64,000 nt of DNA, taken from positions 802,091-866,090 of the forward strand of contig RHPI01001737.1 of assembly GCA_009103225.1 (NCBI GenBank), in the 5' to 3' direction. Under the pieces are notes generated by a model. The model ran no database searches, was not told the DNA's origin, and saw only the letters and a list, made by a program, of their open reading frames with translations. A program made the translations under genes and the position numbers. Position 1 is the first letter of the stretch. Every line of letters begins with the position of its first letter. This document shows positions 12,471 through 23,842 of the stretch, piece after piece. The DNA is from Chlorokybus atmophyticus (taxonomy: Eukaryota; Plantae; Mesostigma and Chlorokybus algae).

Positions 12471-14433
12471 ATGACCGTTTCTTGTTGGGGTCTCATCACC
12501 GAGCTATGTCGGAAGCTGTGCTCTTCAGGCCAAGCCAAAGGCACGGATGTGATCAACAGCGCCGTGACCGACGAGTGCCTCGCCTTCACAATGGGTCAGC
12601 TTTCCACGCAAGACCGCAACAGCTGCTCTCTGGTCTGCAAGAGGTGGCACAGACTCAACAATGTGTCGCGCAAGAGGCTGCGGCTCATATCTCCCACGCA
12701 CAATGAGGCTCCCGTGCCAGTGCCCACCACGTTGTTTGCAAGATTTCCCAACCTCGAGCATATAGACCTCTCCCTCGCTTACGCCCACATTGACGATGAT
12801 ATTCTCTTCAAGATTGCCGCCTCCTGCCACAAGCTCCAACACCTTGACGTGCGCTTCTGCGAGCGTGTCACGGACAATGGGATTGCTGCCATTGCACGAG
12901 GCTGCCCTGACCTGAGGGCTGTGCTGCTCAACAACTCGTCTGGTGAGTGTGACTGTTGTGCATCGCGCACTTACGAGTGCATATGTTCACGCATGTTCCT
13001 GAGTATATGCACGTTTGTGTTGTATGCACAACGCATACGTATGGACACATGTGTGTCCATATGCATAGGACACGTTCACATGCAGTTATGTACCATTGTA
13101 TATGTGTAAGAGTTTTGGTCCAAACCAGTGCTGATTGTGGTATGGCATGTTTATGCATGTAAGCAGTCAGTTTTCCGGATTGACAGTCATCAATGTCACA
13201 GCGGTGTGGTAACTCATTGACTGACTATGCATGGCACGGTTGCAGGAGTCGGGTTTGAGGGCGTGAGCGCGCTGGTGCGTTGCTGCAAGAAGCTCCGGTC
13301 GCTAGAGGTGGCGCGCTGCAAAGGAATGGACAACAAGACGCTGTCGTTTGTGGGGAGTGGGTGCAGGACGCTGGAATCCCTAGCGCTCATGCGCTGCGAG
13401 GCTGTGACGGACGCGGGCTTGTCGGGCATCGGGCTTGGCTGCATCGGGCTCAAGCAGCTTAGCCTGTCGGGCTGCGAGGGCGTCACTGCGCGCGGCATAT
13501 CCGTCATAGTCCGTGGATGCAAAGTCCTTCAGAAACTGGACCTCAGCAACTGCAGGTACATGATGGGATGTTGCAAACTCAATGGACTACTACTGTAGCA
13601 ACAATGCAACTTGTGCAAATCGGGCTATCATCCAACGTATACTTCATCCCAAATGTGACATGCAGAGTATATAGTTGTACATCATAGTAGCTTTCTCTGC
13701 TGCAGGCGTTTTGTGGGTCCATGTCGAGTTTGTGTAATAGTATCTCAACATGTACCACTCATCAACTGTGACAAACAACTCACAGTTGTGTGCCAATACT
13801 CATATTTATACCAAGCTTCTCTCATTCAGGCAACTCGGTGACGATGCGTTGAGGGCTATTGCGTCTCAATGCGGGTGGCTTGAGGAGCTCAAGCTCGTGG
13901 GTTGCGCTGCGGGCGACGCGGGTCTTCAGGCCCTCTCAACGTGCCGTCGCCTTCGCCACCTCGACATATCCTACTGCGAGGGTCTTACGAGCGCAGGTCT
14001 CTCTCAGTTTGTGGCGGCCTGCAAGACACTTCGTTCTCTGACCGCGCGGGGTCTCTCCCATGCAATGGACGACAGCGCCCTCACAGCCATAGGAGAGAAC
14101 GGCAAGCGCATCGAGAGTTTGGACCTGAGCTACTGCCAGGAGCTCTCTGACTTAGGCTTGAAGGATGTCGCTAATGGCTGCGGGTCCCTCAAGACTCTGA
14201 AGTTGTTTAATTGTTCTGGTGCGGCTTCGGCGGGAGTCGTTGCTGTGGCCCACGGGTGTGGCATCCTCGCTCACCTTGATGTCGCGTACACCAACGTCGG
14301 CGACCACGCCCTCGCATCCGTCGTGCGACATTGCAAGTTCCTAGAGAAGGTCGTTGTCACGGGGTGCCCGAGGGTCACCGCCAAGGGCGTGCAGGAGGCC
14401 GCGACCTTTGCGGATGTGCAGATCGTCAGGTAG
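12471..14433 (+). CDS. F-box/leucine-rich-repeat (FBXL-type) protein; start codon uncertain
   Basis: F-box-like INSAVTDECLAFTMGQLSTQDRNSCSLVCKRWHRL followed by many cysteine-containing LRR units (L..LDV..CERVTD.G). Three coding exons at about 12471-12943, 13246-13556 and 13830-14433. The frame is also open from the acceptor at 12387, so an upstream coding exon is possible. Confidence 0.88.
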
Positions 14434-15292
14434 TTGTACAGAGAGAGCGAGAGAGGTACGTGCAGAGCTGTAGATATGTAGATATGTAGATACGCCGCGG
14501 TTTTTCTCCCCTTCCAACAACGAGCTTGGTGATTCTTTTCAATGTTTGGCGGATATATTTCTTTTCACTCCTCCTCAACAAGCACCTCTGGACTTAACTT
14601 CTACTGCGTTATGACTGCACAGCGGACTGGCACAGAAGCATGGTGTGGTTGCTAGAACTTGCTACTAGGCTGTGCATGGTGTGTGAGCGCTGCATTGACT
14701 AACGGCTGGCAACTTGAATGAACCTGAATTTGATTATGACTGTTGTGTTAAAAAATAACAGTGTTGGTGAATAGAGAGTTCATGAACTGGATCAGTTGAT
14801 AATGGGCATGCATTGTCATTGTAGGTAGGCATGTATGCATGCACACGCGGACGCAGAGCTGTTGACAGTCAGTTCATGCACAACGCATGCGAGCTTTTGG
14901 ACAATGTTGCCTAAAGTGATAAACCTTCTCAGTGAAGTCACACATGCATGGTGCAATCACTACCATGTTTTTTGGTTTTGGTACATTCTTTTGCACACAA
15001 CAAGCCCAGTCAGTATCGGGACCAGTCTGCATGTTCCTGCCTACCTGCAGCAGTCATGGCTAATGCACGCCCAACACATGCACTTTATGAAACTGGCTGG
15101 AGCCCACAGCACGTTCACACAAGTAATCACTTGTCTGCTGTGCATGCCATAGCATCACTGCACATTGACAATGCAAGCTGCGCAACACGTGTTGCCCAGC
15201 TGCAGGGTTGTTATGAATACTCACAGAGCGAATGGACCTGTCAGTTTACACATGTTGAAACCCTTTCACCACTACCCGCACAGCATCACTTC

Positions 15293-18200
15293 CTACACCA
15301 GGTGTCGGGGGTTTTGTGGGCACCCGGTGGCAGTCAGCAAGTGCGTGCGCCACCCTGACTCATCAGGGGGGATATTCGTGTGACACAACGGACACCTGTT
15401 GGACACCTCACGCGGCTGCGCGGGCAAGCACTCCAACCGCTGCTCGTGCTCGATATACTCTGCCACCGGCACGGCCTCCTTGCATCTGGGACACTCCCTG
15501 GGGTAAACACACACAATGCCATGAGCAGAAATGGTACACTCTGCTCTGCGCGCGCTTGCTTGTCCAACGCACCACACATCCATAGCAATGGTGATCTCAA
15601 ATAAATAGTACCAAGTGAATATCAAGTAGTGGCATACACCCAAGTTGAACCATGCAACAATGGTCAACCTGTATTTGTTCATCTCCTCGCACTCCTCCAG
15701 GAGATGCTCATTGACGGAGGCGATCTCAATGATTTGGCCGCATTCCGCGCACGAGCAGAGCATCGGGCAGTCATGGTAGAAATGGAGATCCATATGGTCA
15801 CCTGCCCACAACAAGCAAGCAAACATTCCTCAGATATGCAACTTGCACAAAAAGAACATTGAAGTCGTATGCACGAGCGTTGCGCACGCACGCGCAAACA
15901 CGCAGCGGCCCATCACAGAGCCACGCATGCACGAACAGGCACACACAGGCACATGTACATGCATGCACGCACGCAAGCAAGCGTACCTTCGAGAAAAGAG
16001 GCATCTGTCCGCCCGCAGAACTGGCACGTGTCCGCTGCATGGTCGTCCTCAGTGTGGTAGCCATCGGACTCAGCCTAAGCAGCGGAGCATAGTCAACATA
16101 CTGGAGAGCGTGAACACACCACATGATTCCAACACATGCGCTGCGCTCACCTGTGTCGGAGTCGGCACGGCAGCTGCGGGCTTCTCAACCTGCTTCGGAG
16201 GCGTGCTCTGCAAGTGTGACGAGGAATGTGATCCACGTTCCTCATCACAAAATAAGCACTGTGATCAACATGACTGAGCACCAACCTGAGCCGGTCTTCC
16301 TGGGGCGATGGCAGGCGGAGCGGACTCAACAGCAGACCCTGCACGCGAGCGTGCGCTGGCCTGTTGAGTGGTGGTGGTTGCTGTTGTCGTTGCCGTTGTT
16401 GCTGGCTTTGCTTGAGTTGTTGGTTGTGGTGCAGCATTGACTGCTGTGGTCTGGTCCGTCCCTGCCGCCGCAGCTCGTCCTTGTCCCGACCAATCGATCC
16501 ATGGCCTGCTCACCCCTCCAGCAGCAGCAGTGCCCGCATCCACGTCCTCCCCCGCGGCGGCCTTCTCGAACGCCTGCGTCATGACGTCCTTGATCTGAGG
16601 CTTCAGACTCTTGATGTACTTGTCGACGCCGGGACCGAGGAGCTTGTAGACCTCCACGGTCACGCGAACGGCGGCCGTACGAACCTGCGTACAAGGGCGT
16701 GGGTGATAAGTGGGTGATTGGTGGGTGCGCATGTGCATGCATGTGGGCGTGTGCGCACGCGCGCGTGGGCATGGGCATGGGCGTGTCAGATTATGTCCAT
16801 ATGAGCGTACGCTTGCGCTTGCGCACGTGTGGCGTGCACGCGCGTGTGTACATGTGCGTGTGTGCGTGTGTGTGTCCCTGTGCATGTCTATGCGAGTATT
16901 GACTTATGCGTGCACATGTGTGTCAGCGTGGGTGCGTGTTTGACTGCGACGAGGATGCTTGTGCAAGCACTACTACTCACATCTCCGTTGGGGCTGCTGC
17001 AGGCGGCTTTGACGAATGTCATGACGCTCTCTGTCGAGAGACCTCCATTGGCAGGCACAACGCCGAACCTCGGCACCAACTGCTGCAGGAGGCACAATCT
17101 TCCAAGCACAGGCTTCCATTGCGCCTGTTTGATGTTGGACGTTCAGATGCGTACACGCACACGCACATGCGGACAACTTCACACGCGCATATGCACATGC
17201 AGGAAAGCACTCGCACACACACGCTCACGCACGCACGCACATGCGCACAAGTGCAGGTACACGTGTATACGCGGACACATGTGGCTACATACGAGTGACA
17301 CATGTAGACAGACTGTGGCAAACAGTGCATCATAGACACAGAGCTTCTAAAAACATTGGTCTGATGACCAGAATGCCGACAATCAGGCCACCTTACCTGG
17401 TTCTTCACCGGCTTGAATATCTGTCCTATCATGACCCCGATTCCGATCTCCCTGCACGCCGCGATCTGCAGCAGCACGACGGCGGCCGCGTCGCGCATGC
17501 GGGCGTTGGAGTCGCCCGTCCGCTCCACCAGCGCGGGGATGATCTCCGACACCGAGAGCGGCAGGTCGCGGGGGCCGACGTCGGAGGCGAACGTCGTGAC
17601 GAGGGAGCTGAGGACCTGCGCGTTGCGCGTGTCATCTTGCAAACTGTTGCACGCGCACACGCACATGCTCACATATATCCGCATGTGCGTGTGCGTGTGC
17701 ACGCGCGGGTCTGTGCATTGGGGCGCATGCGCGGGCGTGTGTGTGTGCGCGTCACAGCGCGCACATCAGACTGATCATATGATGCTAGTCATAAAGAGGA
17801 TCGTGTGCTTCACATGATGCATCACGTGTAACCACACATTCGCTGGTTTCTACCTCATGTTGCAATGCAGGCTAACTTGCCAAGTCAACACACGCGCATG
17901 CACGCACACACAAGTCAGCCTCACAGTAATGTGGTAATACCTGTAAGGCATCGTGGAATATGTTGGCCACCTTGTCGTTCATTGCACGCATGATTACTTG
18001 GCATATCAGCCTGCATTGCAACAACGAGGCGTGAAGCCAATACTGATATGTGGTTAGGCGTGATGCATAGTGCGAAGCTTGTGATAAGCCTGATGCATTC
18101 AGCAAGAGACCAACCTGGCTATTGACACTGGTGAGGCAGAGTATTGTCTCGCGGTGATCTCGCGGTCAATTTTCTGCAGTGCAGCTTCGCGAAGCAGCCA

Positions 18201-21200
18201 ATTGCGACTGCCAAAACAGTTGTGTGTGTCATCAATTTTCGCCAAAAAGTACATTTTGCCCTTTGACATGAGCGCTCGTACACCACAACACGTATGAGCG
18301 CTCCAATTATGTGAGTGCGTGAGCGTGAGGATGAGTCTGATTGTGCGTGTGAGTGTGGGTGTCAGTGTCAGTACACGCGTGCTTATATACGTGTACGAGT
18401 GCATACACTCATACTCACCTGTACAGGCACATGACGGTGTACTGCCCGACAAGCTCTACGAGAAGTGCGTTCTCCTTGAGTGCAGCCTCAGACATCTGCT
18501 CGGGCGCAGGCAAGTCCGCTGCATAGCCCTCACCGCTGGGCATCGCAACCTCCTTGTTATCATCGTCAACATCGTCCACCGGGGCCTTAAAGCTCGCGGG
18601 CGCGTTGGGCGTGCGGTCCCACTTGGCTCTCTCGCGCGTGTTGGTGGTGTTGCCGCTGCCACCCTGCTGCTGTTGTTGTTGCTGTTTGTTGCTGGCGATG
18701 AGCGCCTGCTCTGCTATCCTCTCGGCGTCCTGCGATTGAAGAGTTGGTATATGCACGAATTGTGCGAGCGTATAGGTCTGATATTGCAAGCATGCATGCA
18801 CTCATCCATGACATTTGCACTTGCGCACGCAAATCGTTTATGCAATCATGCGCGCATGCATGCATACATGTGTGTATAAAGGAGTGTCTGGGTATGCCCT
18901 ACCACAGATCAAACAGCACACTGCAGCTTTTGCCATTGCATATACGCATGCGTGAACCCTGCGTGTTACTGCGCAGTTGTGCAAGTGGAGCAGGGAGTCT
19001 CAGTCCATAATTCACTCAACAGTACAGTGCACCTCAGCTTCTTGGCATGCATAGATATGCTGGAATACATGCCTAGAATGCAAGTTTGCTTCAAACATTG
19101 TACCTCAGGTTCTTCCTTCGGCGGTGGCAGGGGTCGATCATCGTACGCAGCGTAGTCTCGGCGCCGATCCATAGACTGGCGCATGGCAAGCATCTGCGCG
19201 GATGCGGACGGGTTGTCACGTGAGATTGGGCTGGAGGGCGAGATGATGATGGGCTGCGATGATAGTTGCTGCTTTGCCACGCCGACCGCTGTGTTGTCAC
19301 TGTGCACACGCAACAAGGAGTCAGAAGCACTTGAGGGAGAGAGAACGAGTGTGCGTGCGCGCGTGCGTGTGTATGCGTGCATGCGAGCATGTGCATGCAC
19401 TATGTGACACTGTGTATGTGTCACACTGTCGATTGTTAAACAGTGTGATACATACACAGCCACTGTCAAATACAGCGAGTGTTAAACACATTGAACACAT
19501 TTGCTCTGTTTCCTCACTTGAAGGATGCGCGCTTGCTGATGGGTGCATCCACATGTTGTTGGTGAAGGTAGCTGTTGCTGTCCTGTTGTTGGCCCGTCCG
19601 CACCCTGTCTATCTCCGCCTTGATGGCTTTGGCCAGGTCGTAGTCTTCATTTTCCACAGCCGCGCGCTTCTTGGCTTCCAGCTTCGCGACGTTCAGGCCG
19701 AGGGCGCGCAGCTTGTCGATGGTCATCTGCGTGAGACACGCGTGTGTTGGCTTGTGTGTGTGAGCAGCATGACGTTGGTGTTGGGTGTGTTGGGTGAGGC
19801 TCAACCAAACCTTGAGTCGCTTGGCTTCGTCGTAGTCTTCGGCGCGGACTGCCTCCTCCTTCTGGCGCAGAACCTGCGTGCACATGGATGCTGAGAGACG
19901 TGTACTCCGCAAGAAAGACACGGGTGATGAGTGGTAGGTGAACTACAGATATAAAGTATTGTGATCTTATGACAACCTGCATATGAACATGTAAATTTAT
20001 GAACCTTCGTCTGCATGCATGCATCATTGTGCGCAGCTGTATCTCACAGACATGCAAACAAATGAACTGAGACTGTTTCTGCGTGTAAGGTGGTGTGCAT
20101 ACGCACACATGTTGGTCGGCAGCTCACCTCCTTGATCTTCTGCGCAGTCACAGCGTCAACATCAAGCACGGCAGCGTCCTCCTCAGCCGAAGAGTGCCGC
20201 CCTCCGCCATTGCTGGCATGTCTGGAAAAACGCAGGCCCACCAATCAGCAGTGCTTGCATGGGCTTGAAGAGCGACTTGCAACACTTTGCATAGCATTAG
20301 GTTACCTTGTGGTTTCAACTCCATTTGAGAAGGCGCTTGCGAGCTGAGGAGAGGATGAGTCCAAACGCTCCCCAATAATGTTCAAGGCTACAATGCCAAC
20401 CTGAGCATGGACGGCAGTCAGCACTGATGTGCGTTTTTGGCATGCGTGGGCTGTTGCTGTGTACACGGTGACTCTGCACACGTGCGCACACACTGCCTGC
20501 GAGCACACGCACTCATGGATGTGTGCATGCGCATCTGTGAGTATGTACACGCGTGCATGGGTGTGCACGATTGTGCCTGGGTGCGTGCACGCATATGTGT
20601 GTACGGGTACGCGTGTGTGCGTGAATGTATCTGCATGTGCATGCCTACGTATATGTCTGCCTGTGCGCGCACACGCCAGCGTGTATGCGTGTGGGCGCGT
20701 GTTGGAATTTAGAGGCCATGTCAACCTGTGAGTGCATGTTGAGGGAATTGGGATGGCATTTGTGCAGCACCAGGCGGACAAGTAGTGCCGACACGTCCAC
20801 ATGTATAGACTTGAGCTCTCGAGCTTGGTGGCCGCTGCGCTCGTTGTTATCAAATGACACATGCCTGCAGCATACGCAGCGCGCTCAAATAAAGCAAATA
20901 CCATCCCCNNNNNNNNNNNNNNNNNNNNNNNNNNNNNNNNNNNNNNNNNNNNNNNNNNNNNNNNNNNNNNNNNNNNNNNNNNNNNNNNNNNNNNNNNNNN
21001 NNNCACATATCTTCTAGACATGCGCACGCACGCACGCCCACCCACCCACCCACCCACCCACACAGGCATTCTCGCCATGGCGAGCCATTTATCGCACGCA
21101 CTCACCCCAAGCGCTTCATCGCGCATTGCGTGTAGTCATTGGATCCGGCGGGTGGCGCGCCAACATACAGCTCCACCTTGCTCGCAATCTGCGCCAACAA

Positions 21201-22260
21201 GCGAAAAAACCATAGTGGATAAGTTATGATCTAGCAAAGGCACGTTGACATGCACAAGCGAGGGCGTGTGTAGTTGAGTTCACGCACATGCAGTTGCAAA
21301 ACCCCGCCGCATGCACACACACAGTGCAGCAATATGCACTCGGTTTGTTGTGTTAAGCACGCACACGAACACGCGCATGCACATGCACTCGCACATGCAC
21401 TCGCACATGCACACGCGCGCGCAGACGCGCACACACGCCCCGCCACCTATGCTCCCGGCGCGTCTTTATTGAGCCAAGCATGCATGCAATGCATGAACAT
21501 ACACAGCAGTAGCAGTGGGCCGGCTACTACCTTGTATTCATGGGAGAGCAGCTGTATCTGCTGAATGTGCGACGTGGACTCGAGCCTCAGCACAATATCT
21601 TGCGGGAACCTGCAACTCCTGCAAGTGTACCTCGCACCCTTAATCAACATTGCCAATATAGTGCAAGTCGTGTGTGCTGTCCCTGTTTGCATGCCTGTCA
21701 GTGTGTCTCTCGTAGCGAAGGCATACCTTTCTGACTGCCAGCCCCTCGTATGTGGACTGTGAACATGCAACTCCCTTGCTGGATAGCTTGCATCCTGCAC
21801 GCACGACATACTTTGAGCAATGCACAAGTGCATACAAGTGTACATGGTGTCAAAGTAAGACTATGCTTGTGCGTGGTGTGCAGGCGCACAACATACGCAT
21901 GCCAGCTCATAGTCAAGATGGGTGGCAGGCTCATATAACGATCGACATGCATGCACAGCGTGTCAAGCATGCTTAAGGACTGCTTAAGGACTGTACAAAA
22001 CCAGCTGTCTAAAAAAACTGTTGTTTGGCTGCTGTTTGGCTTGTACTGTTGCTTGTCCTCACGCACTGGGTGGTACATTAATAACAACAGCATGACGCTT
22101 GGCATAGAAACAGTTCAGCTATTCTTGAGTAGCTGAGCTGCAATTGCTGATACTGGCAGACAATACCACACCAAAGCAAAAAGAAAGCCGACGGCTGCTG
22201 AATTGCAACGCCCACCTCCGAAGAGCAGGCGTGCACCACGAATTTCAGCTTCTGCCCCAT
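15293..22260 (-). CDS. CEP104: Centrosomal/ciliary-tip protein CEP104 (FAP256-like)
   Basis: N-terminal jelly-roll exons MGQKLKFVVHACSSE / DASYPARELHVHSPHTRGWQSER / CRFPQDIVLRLE / IASKVELYVG / DNNERSGHQARELKSIHVD; UVR-like AEDYDEAKRLK and ENEDYDLAKAIK; TOG-like NWLLREAAL and ERTGDSNARMRDAA; C-terminal Zn fingers HFYHDCPML..C.ECGQIIEI..VNEHLLEEC, CPRC and RCPLCH...W..HL. Confidence 0.93.
20909..21003. other. Assembly gap (95 N) in a CEP104 intron
   Basis: N run; the flanking exons still join in frame. Confidence 0.99.
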
Positions 22261-23842
22261 GCCCCAGGCCAGTGCCTTAGGCAGTTGCTCCACAGCAGCT
22301 CCACTGCACCAACCCCCCCTTCGCTTTTCCAATTCAGCAGTCAACACTCGCTAGCATTTGGCTAACATCCTCACTGCATGACGGCTCTTCCAGCTAACAG
22401 TACAACTGAACCAGTGCAACTGTGGCTTGCAGATTGAGGCAGGACAAGCAGGTCAACCACGCCTAGCCCATAGACTCCAGCCAAGCCACGCATCCAGCCC
22501 GCCCGTCAGCCAAAACCGAGCTGAAGAGATGTCTGTTCCAGTGTGCGATCTATGAACTGCGAGATAGTTAATCAGACTTCAACTGACAAAACGAGAAGAC
22601 AGTCACAACACAGCCAAAGCTCTCGCCAGCAGCACACACTCGACCACGACACGCTTGTCACCGCCACCGCCTCCGCCTGGTCGTTATGCACTGCGAAAGC
22701 AGCGGGAAGCAGGGACCCTCAGACCGTAACTCAGCCAGACGTGATTCATCTCGCTTGTGAAGTCATTGAAGCCGCGATTCACACGAGACTGAATCACGTG
22801 ACGCGCGCAGGGGCATGGTGTTGACTGTACATACAAACAAACGCGGTGTGCATGCTGCTGCACTGTACACTGCCCGCTTGGCTGTGCAGCACCACGTTGA
22901 AGGTCTGGCTGTCGTTGGTTGTAATGAACGGAACAACCGGCATGTACTATCGAGCCTGATGTTGCATTTGTCGTTCGCCGGCTCTCGGTCAGATTTGATG
23001 TTGCTGGTGCACTCCCAACGACCGTCGCTTGCAACGCCTTGCCTCCTGCTTAGCCTATCAACCTCTGCATTGGTTATGTTGTAGTCCTGCATTGACTTGT
23101 AGTTTTCTGGCTATGCCCTTTGACCTGTGTGGTACGGCATGATTCAGGCCTACATCCGGACTATTGGACAGCTCATACCTTGCCTGCGTTGGATACTCAT
23201 AAGTAAGGATTCTCGTTGTGGAGATGGCGTGCGTGCGTGCGTGCGTGTGTGTGTGTCCACACGGGAGAAAAGGTTGGGAGGGTTGTCAAAGTAGTCCGCT
23301 GCAACAGATGGTTATGTGACCAGCAGGATTGTGCTTCCCAAAAGGGGTATGCTGCTGCGCCAGCATGCGTGTTGTTGCTGGTTGCGCACATCGTCTCACA
23401 ATGTCATCAGACGCTACAAATAATCACAAGCTGCATAGGCTTTGATTTCCCCATGCCACAGTGAAAGTGTCACTCTGTGTATGTCATTCACCAGCATGGC
23501 ATAATGCAGCAAAATCATGTCGCTAGGTGCGCGTACACAATACTTAGCACATCATCAAATTGGCATGGTTTGCCAAAGCAGCACTGATTGCAAAATTTGA
23601 AGTGTTCCATGCTTGTCACTGCAATCTAGGTCTCCGGCACCGCCCGGCGTCTGTTGCATGTGATGTTGCATGCATGGTAACGGCTTGTTTCACCAACATT
23701 GGCAATCTGGGAGGTGCCAGCGTTTTCCGCCCGAGTGCCACAGCACAATGGCGTAGCTGGTTGTCTTGCTAAGAAGGCATCAAGTGTAAACAAAGCAGAC
23801 TGCACAGTAAGAGTGAAGCAACCACACTCTTACACATGTGCG

